DNA of 38,915 bases from Methanomicrobia archaeon LH_S14 (GTDB taxonomy: Archaea > Halobacteriota > Syntropharchaeia > Alkanophagales > Methanospirareceae), in NCBI GenBank assembly GCA_023659775.1, contig JAGXOS010000002.1, positions 1 to 38,915 of the forward strand. Reading direction: 5' to 3'. Below are positions 26,861-37,079 of this stretch, piece after piece (position 1 is the stretch's first letter; the number at the start of each line of letters is the position of its first letter). The position numbers were made by a program, and so were the translations under genes. The notes under the pieces were generated by a model. That model searched no databases, was not told the origin of the DNA, and saw only the letters and a list, made by a program, of their open reading frames with translations.

Positions 26861-28159
26861 ATGCGGATAGAAAGAGCACGTGGGACGAGAGATTTCTTGC
26901 CCGCAGAAATGAGGAAGAGGAGAATAATGGAGGAGAGAATGCGTGACATAGCAGAGAAATGGGGCTATGAAGAGATAAGAACACCCACTTTTGAGCGCTC
27001 TGAACTCTTCACGCTTAAATCCGGCGAGGGAATCTTGAAGGAGATGTATGAATTCGAGGATAAAGGAGGTAGGCATTTAGCACTGAGACCTGAGTTAACT
27101 GCTCCTGTGATAAGAATGTATGTTAACGAATTGAAGATGGCGCCGAAACCAACGAAGGTTTATTATTTCGACAATTGCTTCAGGTATGAGGAACCGCAAA
27201 GAGCTCGTTATCGAGAATTCTGGCACTTCGGCGCAGAGATAATAGGATCTAACCGCCCGGAGGCACAAGCAGAAATAATCGCACTCACTTTTCACATCCT
27301 GAGCTCGTTAGGCATAAAAGCTGAAGCTGAGCTGCACGTGGGTCACGTAGGGCTGATAAGAGAGGTATTACGAGCTGCAAATGTGGGAGAGGACGAGATA
27401 AACAAAGTGATGAGATTAATAGACAAGGGAGAAAGAGAAGAAGTAGTCGAGTTTATGAGAGAGATGGGTGCGAAAGAGGAGTTGACTGATGATTTAATAT
27501 ATTTGATAGATTTAAAAGGAAAAGAAGCCTTAAAGGAAGTACGTGACCGTAAAATAATTGCTTCTGATAGCGATGCGTTAAAGGAATTGGAGATGCTGCT
27601 GGAAATCCTCGATTATTACGATGTTGTCTATACGTTAAACCTTGGAATAGCACGGGGTTTGGATTATTACACCGGAATGGTGTTTGAGATATACGAAGTT
27701 GGTGGTAAGTTAGGAGCACAGAATCAGATATGTGGTGGTGGCTCCTACCGGTTGGCTGCTTTGTTTGGTGGTGATGACACACCTTCCACAGGTTTTGCTT
27801 TTGGCTTTGACCGATTAGCAGAGATATTCACCCCGGAAACTAAGGAACTGAGGAGAAGTGAAGTAGTAGTGGTGCCGATAAAAGAGAAAAATGCTGACCA
27901 GGATGTGATAAAAGAGGCGATAAAAATAGCGTCTAAGCTGAGGGAATTCTTCACCACGCATATAGATGTGATGAGCAGAAGTCTAAGCGCTCAGTTGTCT
28001 TATGCCAATTCAATTCATGCCTCGTTTGCCGTGTTCGTGGGTAAAAATGAGATGAAAGAAGGGAAAGTAACATTGAGAAATCTCGACACAGGGGAGCAGG
28101 AGAAAATGGGCGTAGATGAATGCGTGGAAAGGGTAAAGGCGTGTTTTGAGGATGAATAG
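26861..28159 (+). CDS. hisS: Histidine--tRNA ligase
   Basis: RGTRDF, LRPELTAPV, FRYEEPQ..RYREF, RGLDYYTG, GGGSY. Confidence 0.96.
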   Translation: MRIERARGTRDFLPAEMRKRRIMEERMRDIAEKWGYEEIRTPTFERSELFTLKSGEGILKEMYEFEDKGGRHLALRPELTAPVIRMYVNELKMAPKPTKVYYFDNCFRYEEPQRARYREFWHFGAEIIGSNRPEAQAEIIALTFHILSSLGIKAEAELHVGHVGLIREVLRAANVGEDEINKVMRLIDKGEREEVVEFMREMGAKEELTDDLIYLIDLKGKEALKEVRDRKIIASDSDALKELEMLLEILDYYDVVYTLNLGIARGLDYYTGMVFEIYEVGGKLGAQNQICGGGSYRLAALFGGDDTPSTGFAFGFDRLAEIFTPETKELRRSEVVVVPIKEKNADQDVIKEAIKIASKLREFFTTHIDVMSRSLSAQLSYANSIHASFAVFVGKNEMKEGKVTLRNLDTGEQEKMGVDECVERVKACFEDE

Positions 28160-28417
28160 AAGAATAAGGTTCAAAGTCCACCTTTTTGGACATCTGTTAG
28201 ACCAAAACACTCCACGCAATTTTGAAAAAAAAAATTGTAGCACATTCGTTAGAGACTTCTATAGACCTCTTTTCCCTTTTTTATTCTATTATTTAGTAAA
28301 GGGTGACTGTGAACTATTAAATTTATGATTATGCCATATCTTTGGTTAATTGTATCGCTTTTTTATCTGCATCATATTCAGCGTACCACGAGATGAGATT
28401 TAATCCAATGATACCAA

Positions 28418-28720
28418 TTATGAACAAGATGAAGGTAATAATGTAATCGAACAAAACGAAAGAAAAAATAATCCAATAAGTACCAAGAAAAATAGGAACG
28501 ATTGTAGTAGCATGTGCTTCTTCAATACATGACCTATTTCGTGAGCCAATACAACCATTTTCTCCTCTACTGTAAATTTTGAAATTAGCTCACCGCCAAA
28601 AGAAATTTTAAATTCAAACTTTTTAATTCCCGGAATTTCTCGTAAGGTCTGAACTAATTTTTCATCCTCATCATACTCTTCCAACTTCTGCGATTTAAAC
28701 ATAAAGGTTATAGCCCAAAA
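28418..28720 (-). pseudogene. M48-like zinc metalloprotease fragment
   Basis: FTVEEKMVVLAHEIGH (HExxH) followed by a TM segment, then an early stop; AT-rich. Boundaries approximate. Confidence 0.45.
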
Positions 28721-28735
28721 ATAACTGAAATTGAC

Positions 28736-28924
28736 AAAATTCCACCGAGAAAATTCGTAATGATTCATTCCATGAACGACACGGTCATTCCATACGATAA
28801 TGCACAGCAGACCTATGCAAAGGCTGTCGAGCCAAAAGAACTGCATGCCGTTGAAACAGCCAGGCATGGATACTGCAATGAAATGGATGCTTTTATCAAA
28901 ACGGAACTTAAAAAGATGCTTTGA
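28736..28924 (+). pseudogene. C-terminal fragment of an alpha/beta hydrolase
   Basis: Manual translation ...IPPRKFVMIHSMNDTVIPYDNAQQTYAKAVEPKELHAVETARHGYCNEM... retains catalytic Asp/His-like motifs; N-terminus absent. Confidence 0.55.
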
Positions 28925-29001
28925 TAGCGGGTTAGAGGTTTAGAGGCTTAGTTTAATTGGAACAGATAATCTCATGCCGAACGAAGAAGTCAGGATTATG
29001 T

Positions 29002-29346
29002 CTAATAGTCTTCCATAACGACGAAGTCTTCAGGTTTAATGTAAGAGAATCCGTTTTCCAATGCAGCAACCCTATCGCTTGGCAGGTCAGCGACATAAAT
29101 ACAAAAGGCAGGTTTATAGGTTTCTCGGACTTTACTCAGATTCTCTGGCTTATGTGGATCCCCGCCAAGGTAAAAGTCCAGATTGTTAATATGCCGTTGA
29201 ACTTTTTTGTAAGCACCAACAATGCCAACAATAAACCCTTTTTCCTTAAACCTTTTAACGGTTTCAATCTTTATTAGCCCTGGTGGATTCCCGCATTCTA
29301 ATGTTCCATCAACATCAAAAGCAATAACTACATCTACATTCATCAA
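29002..29346 (-). CDS. Small capless HAD-superfamily protein
   Basis: IAFDVDGTL (motif I), HKPENL, YVADLPSD (motif IV). Confidence 0.75.
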   Translation of the reverse strand: MMNVDVVIAFDVDGTLECGNPPGLIKIETVKRFKEKGFIVGIVGAYKKVQRHINNLDFYLGGDPHKPENLSKVRETYKPAFCIYVADLPSDRVAALENGFSYIKPEDFVVMEDY

Positions 29347-29399
29347 AAATTTATAGATAGCTAAGGTAAATAAAGATTAATAAGAGGTAAAAAGAACCC

Positions 29400-30263
29400 A
29401 TGAATTCCACAGAGGATGTGAATGCGTTGGCGAATGAATTGGTAGAATTGATAAAGGTCAGCGTTAAGGAAAATATTGCTGACGCCGTTCTGTTGTCAGG
29501 CGGATTAGACTCTTCAGTAATTGCCTGTTTAGCAAGTAAATACTCCGAATCTAAACCCACTGCTATCGTAGTTGCATTGGAAGAGGGCACGGATATCCAT
29601 TACTCAAGGTTAGTAGCTGAGACGTTTGGACTGGAACTCAAAGTAAAGATATTCGATATTGAAGCTGCGATAAAATCAATCCCCAGGGTGGTAAAGGCTC
29701 TTAATACTTATAATCCTATGCTAATCAGGTTTGGAGTAGCCATGTATGCTGCTCTGTCATACGCAAAGGAGCTGGATTTTTCTGCAGTTATGACCGGAGA
29801 CGGCGGTGATGAACTCTTCTTTGGCTATCGCCACCTGTTCACACGTGAGCAAAAGGAAATTGAAAGGAGAATGGGTGATAAGATCAGAAGGATAAAAGAG
29901 AAAGAGCCACTTGTATCCGAAACATTGGGTAATCTCCTCGGGATAGATGTTAAACAGCCTTTTCTGGACGCGAGGATTATTGAATTTGCATCAAAAATAC
30001 CTTTTGAGCTTAAGGTTCGTAAAACAAATGGCGAAGGCGAAGTAATAGGTAAGTGGATTCTCCGGAAAGCGTTTGAGAATCTTCTACCACCCGAAATTAT
30101 CTGGAGAAGAAAGGATGAGACTGATATATCTCGTGGGACAGACAAATTATCACGGATTGTTTCTTCACGAATGTCGGATGATGAATTCGAACAAATATCA
30201 AAATCAAAAGAGGTAAGAATAACCAGTCGTGAGGAGGCTTATTATTATAAAATGATGCGATAA
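29400..30263 (+). CDS. Asparagine synthase C-terminal (PP-loop) domain protein without a glutaminase domain
   Basis: LLSGGLDSS, TGDGGDELFFGY, PFLD, KWILRKAF..LLPPEIIWRRK. Confidence 0.85.
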   Translation: MNSTEDVNALANELVELIKVSVKENIADAVLLSGGLDSSVIACLASKYSESKPTAIVVALEEGTDIHYSRLVAETFGLELKVKIFDIEAAIKSIPRVVKALNTYNPMLIRFGVAMYAALSYAKELDFSAVMTGDGGDELFFGYRHLFTREQKEIERRMGDKIRRIKEKEPLVSETLGNLLGIDVKQPFLDARIIEFASKIPFELKVRKTNGEGEVIGKWILRKAFENLLPPEIIWRRKDETDISRGTDKLSRIVSSRMSDDEFEQISKSKEVRITSREEAYYYKMMR

Positions 30264-30612
30264 ACTTAGGATCTTTGAAAATATGAACATCCGAAAATTT
30301 GCATACGCTCTATCCTTAGAGCTCATATCCCTTTCCTCTGGCTTCATCACAGCCTTTCAAAGGTGTTGGATTTTCACCAACTGGCTGATTAGGCTGCGAG
30401 GCACACACTGAAGAGCTTCGGGTTTTTTGGATAAAAAGTGGGGAATGTTAAACCGTTAAATCCAAGGTGATAGCATGGCTAAAAAGAGAACGTTAATGGT
30501 GGGTTTGTTTGGTGTTTCTATTCTTTTTTGTTGCGATTTTGAATTGTTGGACAGCCTCTTAATTTATAGAATACACGGTGGAAGTTATCCCCGCGAATGT
30601 GCGTCGATATAT

Positions 30613-31620
30613 CTACTCGATCTGAACGTCGGGGCTTTCTTCAGGATCGCTTTCGGAAATCATTTCCATGATTTGAGTCGCCACAGGCGGACATCCCGCT
30701 ACAAAAACACCCTGCTTTTTATGTTGTGCAGTGCAGTTACCGATGCAGAGCGTACCACATGGGGCAGACTGATGTCCCTTCCCGATTGCAATGGTGACAT
30801 TCTCCTGTCCGAGGAATAAGTCGAACACCTGCTCCCTATGCCGTTTCAAGAACATCAAAACTGTGGACTGGCAGGCACTGCATGACTGTTCATCAAGAAC
30901 GGTGATACCCGGGAACTGTATAGATAAGTTATCGGGGGGGGGGGCTCAAAAGGAGAAGAAAAATCGTGCCACATATCAGGATTCACCTGTATCCTCGAGA
31001 TATCAATCACGCCGTATCCTCGTTCAGCGCCAATACGCAGGTGTGGCACCTCCTCTGCATTCAGCCCCATGAGCGAGCAGGCAACGGCATCCACTGCGAA
31101 TGGATCGATCCCTGCCACAACCAGATCGAGTTTCTTAGCCTGCCCGGCGCTTGGCCCAGCCCTTCCATTCCCGTAGTGCCATCAATGATTGATAGATGAG
31201 GACGAAGAACTGAAGACATATCAGCAATGGCGATATTAAGAGTTTTGTCGTCCATATCCTCAATTTGAGGTAGCATGTGAAGATCAACCTTTGTGCGGCG
31301 CCACAGACATCCTTTCATATTTTTCACCGCCAGCGTGACAACTGTGTGCATGTGCGTTTTCATGACAGGGATTGAAACGACAACGTCGTACTCGACCACT
31401 TCAGGGCACACCTCAAGCGACTGTATTGCAACGCCGTCTTCGACAATCACATGAACGGGCTGCCGGGCGTCCATATCAATCAATGGACAGTTGCGCTCAC
31501 GGGCCACTGACGCAATACCAGTTGCTTCGAATGTCTCCATTGTTTTGACTCCTGTTATTGGACTCTCGCCAACAGCGACACTTGCTTCTGCCTCGAGAAA
31601 TACACATCAATTGTTGCAAC
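30613..31620 (-). pseudogene. DUF362-family Fe-S protein, 5'-truncated and multiply frameshifted
   Basis: VGESP, SIPVMKTH...TLAVKNMKG, IIDGTTGMEGLG, DPFAVDAVACSLMG, SCSAC, IGNCT and GCPP motifs spread over several frames; shifts near 31600, 31155 and the G11 run at 30934-30944. Confidence 0.8.
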
Positions 31621-31658
31621 CCCTTATCCAGTGGACAAAAAAGATTTCCGCTTTCCCT

Positions 31659-31786
31659 AAAATCCTAAATTCAAAACTAAGTCCTATACAGAGTCTTACA
31701 GGCTCGTATGGTCGTGTGGCAGTTTTGGTATTTGGATTTAGGATTTTGAAATTGTTTAGGGTTTAGAAATTACTATTTAGGATTTT
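31659..31786. repeat. Inverted / short degenerate repeats (AAAATCCTAAAT family)
   Basis: AAAATCCTAAATTCAAA (31659-31675) pairs with TTTGGATTTAGGATTTT (31731-31747) with 1 mismatch; a third copy ATTTAGGATTTT lies at 31775-31786. Confidence 0.7.
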
Positions 31787-31793
31787 CCACTAT

Positions 31794-31979
31794 TTACTGA
31801 GCAAATACCTTCTTCACCAGCTCGTTTATGCTGTTCGCTACTGCACCCTTCGGGATTCTCGCTTCCCTTACAATATCCTCCATTCCCTTTGCCTTCTCCT
31901 CGCTTGTCGCACTTTTCTTCATCATCGCATCATACACCTTTTTTGTGTTGCCAGACAGTTCTTTCGCCATTTCTCTCAC
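31794..31979 (-). CDS. Small winged-helix DNA-binding protein, probably C-terminally truncated
   Basis: ELSGNTKKVYDAM...EDIVREARIPKGAVANSINELVKK helix pattern; ends before the wing, abutting the repeat. Confidence 0.55.
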   Translation of the reverse strand: MREMAKELSGNTKKVYDAMMKKSATSEEKAKGMEDIVREARIPKGAVANSINELVKKVFAQ

Positions 31980-32015
31980 CTCATGAACTCAGTTCCTTAT
32001 AGCATATTCTTATAT

Positions 32016-32939
32016 TTAAATATTGCACTCTTCCTCCAGGAAAGCCAAAATTTCCGTCACTTCCGCGGTTGCAACGCACACCACCGTATCGGCTCCTGCG
32101 TAGTAGAGATAGAGCATATCGTCCAAAACAACAGCACCGCAGGTAAATACAACGTTGGGCACAGCTCCTTGTAGCTCATACCTCTCTTTAGGCTCAAGAA
32201 GAGGCGTTCTTCCCCTCATTAATACCTTCTCCGGGTCTTTACGGTCCATCAAAGCCACGCCAAGCCGATAGTGCACATGCTCATCCACTCCGTGATAGAT
32301 TACGAGCCATCCCTCTTTGAGTTTTATAGGTGGTGCGCCGCCACCGACTTTAAGATATTCCCAGCCCTCTCTTGGGCTCATAACGATATTGCTATCTCGC
32401 CAATGAACAAGGTCAGCGGAGTATGCGACCCATATATGAGGAGGAAATCGATGGTACATCACCCACGTACCTCCTATCTTCTCGGGGAACAGACAGATGT
32501 GCTTGTTATCAACACCTGGAAATGGATACGTTCTCTTTCCCCAGTTCCACCGGTGAGCTAAGAAGTCATCCACCTTTATGGATGTCATTGCTATCTGGAT
32601 ACATCCCCACCCGGCTCTTGGAACATTTCCCACTGCCGTATAACTTAGATAAACTGTGTCCCCAACCCTTACCAATCTGGGGTCCTCGACCGTGCGCTCG
32701 AGATCATTCAACGGGTCAGGCATAAATATCGGTTCCTCTAACCGCTCATCTATCCGGAACCCATCCTCGGAAGACGCGTATCCAAACCTGGAAGTGCCTG
32801 TTTTCAATCCCTGCGTCCTGTACACGATGTGGAATTTTCCATCCTCGTACAGAACCGCCGAATTATGCACCATGTATGATTCCCATGCGTTCTCTCTCTT
32901 TGGCTTCAGTATCGGATTTCCCGCATATCTTTTTAACAT
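32016..32939 (-). CDS. GH130-like glycosidase / mannoside phosphorylase
   Basis: RYAGNPILKP, VEDPRL, DNKHICLFPEKI, KVGGGAPP, WLVIYHGV, PNVVFTCG, YYAGADT. ATG 32939 preferred. Confidence 0.9.
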   Translation of the reverse strand: MLKRYAGNPILKPKRENAWESYMVHNSAVLYEDGKFHIVYRTQGLKTGTSRFGYASSEDGFRIDERLEEPIFMPDPLNDLERTVEDPRLVRVGDTVYLSYTAVGNVPRAGWGCIQIAMTSIKVDDFLAHRWNWGKRTYPFPGVDNKHICLFPEKIGGTWVMYHRFPPHIWVAYSADLVHWRDSNIVMSPREGWEYLKVGGGAPPIKLKEGWLVIYHGVDEHVHYRLGVALMDRKDPEKVLMRGRTPLLEPKERYELQGAVPNVVFTCGAVVLDDMLYLYYAGADTVVCVATAEVTEILAFLEEECNI

Positions 32940-32966
32940 TTTATTCCTCCCTCTTTTTTTTTGCAC

Positions 32967-33842
32967 TCAAAAAAGCCCTAACATCTCTTCCTTATCCACG
33001 GTGGCTACGCAAACCACTTTATCCGCACCACCATAATATACATAATATCTATTCATCACCTCACATGCTCCGGAAGCAAATACAACACGCGGTATCTCTC
33101 CTCGTATCTCATAATACATCTCTGGTTCGAGGATCGGTTCAGGATACCGGTATAATAATTTTGAAGGGTCATTCAGGCTGAACATCGCCGCCCCCAATCT
33201 ATACACTCCACCCTCATCAACTCCATGATATATCAGCAACCACCCCTTCTCCGTCTTTAGTGGCGGAGCACCCGCACCTATCTTCTTCCCCTCCCATCCT
33301 CCAACCGGTGCCATAATCTCTCGCAGCCCATGCCATTCAATTAGGTTATCCGAATAAGCAATCCAGATACCCATGAGCTCTCCAAGCATCGGTCTATGAA
33401 GAAGCACATATTTGCCATCAACCTTCTCAGGGAAGAGGACCGCATCTTTATTATTTGTCTCCTCCCACTCTATTTCATATCTTTCCCATTGTATGAAATT
33501 AGTTGTGGAGCCTAAGCCAATCCGTACTCCCCTCTCAGAATAAGCAGTGTAGGTCATAAAAAATACGCCTTCAAGCTTTACCACCCTTGGGTCTTCACAC
33601 CCCCGTGGTTCCTGGATCAGTTTCGGGACGATAACCGGCTTGTCAAAGCGAAAGAAGTTAAAGCCGTCTATACTTACCGCATACCCAATTCGTGAAATGC
33701 CGTCCACCCCCATAGCCCTGTAAAGGAGGTGAAATAGCCCATGATCATAAATCACCGCGGGATTAAAAACATTCTTTGATTCCCATTCGTTCTCAGGTTT
33801 GGGCTTCAATATCGGGTTGCCTTCGTAACGCCTCAGTTTCAT
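32967..33842 (-). CDS. GH130-like glycosidase / mannoside phosphorylase
   Basis: VFNPAV, GCEDPRV, NKDAVLFPEK, LHRP, KIGAGAPP, YYGGAD. Confidence 0.92.
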   Translation of the reverse strand: MKLRRYEGNPILKPKPENEWESKNVFNPAVIYDHGLFHLLYRAMGVDGISRIGYAVSIDGFNFFRFDKPVIVPKLIQEPRGCEDPRVVKLEGVFFMTYTAYSERGVRIGLGSTTNFIQWERYEIEWEETNNKDAVLFPEKVDGKYVLLHRPMLGELMGIWIAYSDNLIEWHGLREIMAPVGGWEGKKIGAGAPPLKTEKGWLLIYHGVDEGGVYRLGAAMFSLNDPSKLLYRYPEPILEPEMYYEIRGEIPRVVFASGACEVMNRYYVYYGGADKVVCVATVDKEEMLGLF

Positions 33843-33846
33843 TCAA

Positions 33847-34890
33847 TTACAACCCCCTCGCCTTCAGTATCTCGGTAAAAACGTCTATGTATATGCCGGC
33901 TATTTTCTCCGCAGACCTCATACGCGTGTACACCTCTTCCGCTTCTATAACTCTCTTTGCTATCCCCTCACCTTCACAAAAGTCAATCAATTTCCGGCAC
34001 AGGTCCTCCGTATCACTATAATATATCACTTCATCCTTCAATGGCTGGAAGTACTCGGATTGCTGTGGAATACAGATCGGACAACCGGCACCCATCGCCT
34101 GGAAGATTACAGAGGAGAGGAGCCGGTGATACGTGTTCTGGTATTTATGGAAGATGACCGCATCCGAAGCAAATAAGTACTCGTCAAACCGCTCATCAGA
34201 TAGCGCACCCTCTTCACGAACAATCATCCAGGGCGGTGCCAACTCCTTCTCAAGCATCTCAAAGCCTGGCGAGACAACAAATAACAAGACCGATTTATAC
34301 TTCAGCCCTTCACACAGGTATCTGAGATAAGGCAGATATCCCCTCTGGCAGAAGGTGAAGATTATTTTCTTATCCAGAGGCAATCCTAACTTTTTTCTGC
34401 TCTCAATCTTGTCACCGCGTCTTACCGGGAAACAGGGAAAAGGAATGTATTTTGCGTCCGGATAAACATCCTTCAGGAACTCTTGTCGTTCATCGAAATA
34501 AATCACTTTATCCCAGAGAAACTGATAAAACCACGTTTCCTCCGGTAACTTATCTTCGTGAACGACATGAACAGGAAAAGCTCGCTCTTTTATCATGGGA
34601 AATATCCTGGCGAGATGCTCTACGGGAAGCGTCCGTAAGTCCTCAACCACAAAGATATCAAACTCTGTCGTGAGAATGGGTCTCGGGTCCAGGAAGTTTT
34701 TCCCGAAGCATCGTATCACGTGACGCTCATCTTTACCGGTAAATTTGTCTTCTCCGGACTCCTCCCGGAGAAAACTGAATACGGTTACTTTATGCCCCAA
34801 CTCCAGCCATGCATTCACCAGCGCTTTTGCATGTACCGCAGCACCTGTTTCGTCATTCCATGCGCTCATCACCGCAATCTTCATTTGCAC
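33847..34890 (-). CDS. GT-B fold glycosyltransferase-like protein (paralog 3)
   Basis: MKIAVMSAWNDETGAAVHA, LGLPLDKKI, ASDAVIF, QAMGAGCPI; GT4-like layout. Confidence 0.75.
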   Translation of the reverse strand: MQMKIAVMSAWNDETGAAVHAKALVNAWLELGHKVTVFSFLREESGEDKFTGKDERHVIRCFGKNFLDPRPILTTEFDIFVVEDLRTLPVEHLARIFPMIKERAFPVHVVHEDKLPEETWFYQFLWDKVIYFDERQEFLKDVYPDAKYIPFPCFPVRRGDKIESRKKLGLPLDKKIIFTFCQRGYLPYLRYLCEGLKYKSVLLFVVSPGFEMLEKELAPPWMIVREEGALSDERFDEYLFASDAVIFHKYQNTYHRLLSSVIFQAMGAGCPICIPQQSEYFQPLKDEVIYYSDTEDLCRKLIDFCEGEGIAKRVIEAEEVYTRMRSAEKIAGIYIDVFTEILKARGL

Positions 34891-34895
34891 ATCAC

Positions 34896-35960
34896 CTATT
34901 TAATTAATATTGAATTAAAAAGCGCTATATACTGTTTACCTGTTGCTTGAGCTGAATTCCTCTTTACATATTCTTCTGCCGCATTCATCGTGATTTTGTA
35001 TTCTTCCGACTCGTCAAAGATTGCACACAACTTCTTCTTCAATTCCTCCTCGCTGGAATACTTCATCACCTCCTTGTCGAGATATTCCACATAGTTTGAA
35101 TCCCGGGCAGCGATGGGGCAGCCAGAGCCAAGACACTGAAGAACCGTGCTTGAAACTACAACATTTGAAGCGGATTTCTTGTTGAATACAAGAGCATCTG
35201 AGGCATGCAGATAGTCGTACAGTCTTTTTATGTCCGGAGCTTCTTCTCTCAGTTCAATCTCCATAATTCCCTGCTTTTGTAGTTTTCTGAACTCCTGAAT
35301 CCCCGTTTTATCTTTGGTCGTTACCAGAAGAAGAATCGGATAGTCTTTCGTGAGTTCGGCTACGGAAGGGACAACTTCGATAGTACTGTTCGCCGCTGGT
35401 CCAAAGCCAAATACGATCTTCTTATCCTGGGGCAACCCCAATTTCTTCCTCGCTTCTACCTTATTCCCTTTTGCCGTAGGATAGCAGGGATAAGGTATAA
35501 TATGAATTTTATCCGGGTCATACGCATTCACGAGGAAGTTTTTGTAACGTTCATCGAAACATATGACTGCATCCCAGTCGAACTGATAGAAAGCAGGGTC
35601 TTCCGCGAGTTTTCCATCGTGAATTACATTCACTGTCTTCGCCTTCTTCTTTATTCGGTGGAAAATCTTGCCAAGGAGGTCCTTTGGGAGCATCCCTAAA
35701 TCTTGAACGACGAATATATCATAATCCGTAGTTAAAAATGGCACTGGATTGAGCTTATCAGGTGTATAACCCGATACGGTAAAACACCTTATGACATACT
35801 CCTCGTCTACACCGATAATTTGCGTCCCGTGAAAGGCATAGTCGTAAAAGGTGAATACCGTTAGGTCGTGACCCTCCTCTACCCATGCCCTACCTATCAG
35901 CTCTGCAAGGAAAGAAGCCCCGGAATCCGTGTTCCACCCACCCATCATTCCTATTTTCAT
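34896..35960 (-). CDS. GT-B fold glycosyltransferase-like protein (paralog 2)
   Basis: MKIGMMGGWNTDSGASF, HIIPYPC, LGLPQDKKI, LHASDALVF, QCLGSGCPI. Confidence 0.75.
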   Translation of the reverse strand: MKIGMMGGWNTDSGASFLAELIGRAWVEEGHDLTVFTFYDYAFHGTQIIGVDEEYVIRCFTVSGYTPDKLNPVPFLTTDYDIFVVQDLGMLPKDLLGKIFHRIKKKAKTVNVIHDGKLAEDPAFYQFDWDAVICFDERYKNFLVNAYDPDKIHIIPYPCYPTAKGNKVEARKKLGLPQDKKIVFGFGPAANSTIEVVPSVAELTKDYPILLLVTTKDKTGIQEFRKLQKQGIMEIELREEAPDIKRLYDYLHASDALVFNKKSASNVVVSSTVLQCLGSGCPIAARDSNYVEYLDKEVMKYSSEEELKKKLCAIFDESEEYKITMNAAEEYVKRNSAQATGKQYIALFNSILIK

Positions 35961-36997
35961 CTTTTTCCATCCCCCTCCAGCGCCAGCATCTCAAACAATT
36001 GAATGAACTCTTGGGCTATCTTTTCCGCGGAATTCCGCTTCACATACTCGCTGGCAGCTCTTAAAACCGATTTACACTCTTCTCTATCCTCAAAGACATC
36101 CATAAACTTCACCTCTATATCTCCATATTTCAGAAGTTCTTTATCAAACCCCGCAACAAAATTCGAGTAATGAGCCAGAATTGGGCGCCCCGCACCCATA
36201 CATGTATGCACGGTGGATGAAAGCACAGCATCTTGAGATGAGTCAGTATGGTAGATGAGACAATCACTTGCATGGAGGTATGTATAAAGTTCTTCTATGG
36301 GCAAGACTTCTTTTCTAAGCTCAATGAAATTATACCTCCATTTTAACGCTTCAAATAGGTCGAACCAATCGTCAATGCTGGTTAAAACGAGAAGAATGAG
36401 TGGGTATTTTCTGTTTACCCGCTCTATACTCGGTAGAAGGCTGAAGTATTTATGTGCAGAGATACCATAGATAAGAACTATCTTTTTATCTTCCGGTAGC
36501 CCAAGCCTTCGTCTCGCCTCGGCTTTGTCCCCGTGACGAATTGGATGACAGGGATAAGGAATGATGTGAATTTTCTCAGCAGGAAATACATCCACTAAAA
36601 AACTTTTCCAGCGCTCATCGAAGCATACGATAGCATCCCAATCGAATTTTGCAAAGTACGGGTCACGGGAAACGCTGCCCTGGTGTGCTATAAGAACCGT
36701 TTTTGCCCTCTCTCTTATCCCGTGGAATATATTAAAGAGTTCCTTCATGGGCATTTTGGGGATGTTGTGGTGGACAAAGACCTCGTAATCTGCTTCTATG
36801 AACGGTTCTGGGTCAAAATAGTATTTGGAATAGTTTCTTATAACGTATGGCGCGTCCTTTTCCCTCGTCTTAACTTCTTCCATTGGTGCAAAGACCGTGA
36901 GCTTGTGTCCTTTCTCTATCCAGCTTCTTCCAACCAACTCAGCATGTACCGCGACACCGCAAGGGACGTTCCATGTAGACATCATGCCTATCTTCAT
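35957..36997 (-). CDS. GT-B fold glycosyltransferase-like protein (paralog 1)
   Basis: MKIGMMSTWNVPCGVAVHA, HIIPYPC, LGLPEDKKI, LHASDCLIY, CMGAGRPI. Confidence 0.75.
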   Translation of the reverse strand: MKIGMMSTWNVPCGVAVHAELVGRSWIEKGHKLTVFAPMEEVKTREKDAPYVIRNYSKYYFDPEPFIEADYEVFVHHNIPKMPMKELFNIFHGIRERAKTVLIAHQGSVSRDPYFAKFDWDAIVCFDERWKSFLVDVFPAEKIHIIPYPCHPIRHGDKAEARRRLGLPEDKKIVLIYGISAHKYFSLLPSIERVNRKYPLILLVLTSIDDWFDLFEALKWRYNFIELRKEVLPIEELYTYLHASDCLIYHTDSSQDAVLSSTVHTCMGAGRPILAHYSNFVAGFDKELLKYGDIEVKFMDVFEDREECKSVLRAASEYVKRNSAEKIAQEFIQLFEMLALEGDGKR

Positions 36998-37079
36998 CTT
37001 TAAATATTATTATATCCCTCTATTTAAAAATTCTTTATAGGGTAGCAATCAATATAAACAAAGGTGTTGGGGAAAAAAA

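Noticed and set aside
30475-30819. 114-aa plus-strand ORF
   Set aside because: It is mostly antisense to the DUF362 pseudogene tail and has no recognisable motif.
30934-30944. G11 tract as a phase-variation switch
   Set aside because: The gene has other frameshifts and a 5' truncation, so tract slippage alone could not restore it; a homopolymer sequencing error is also possible.
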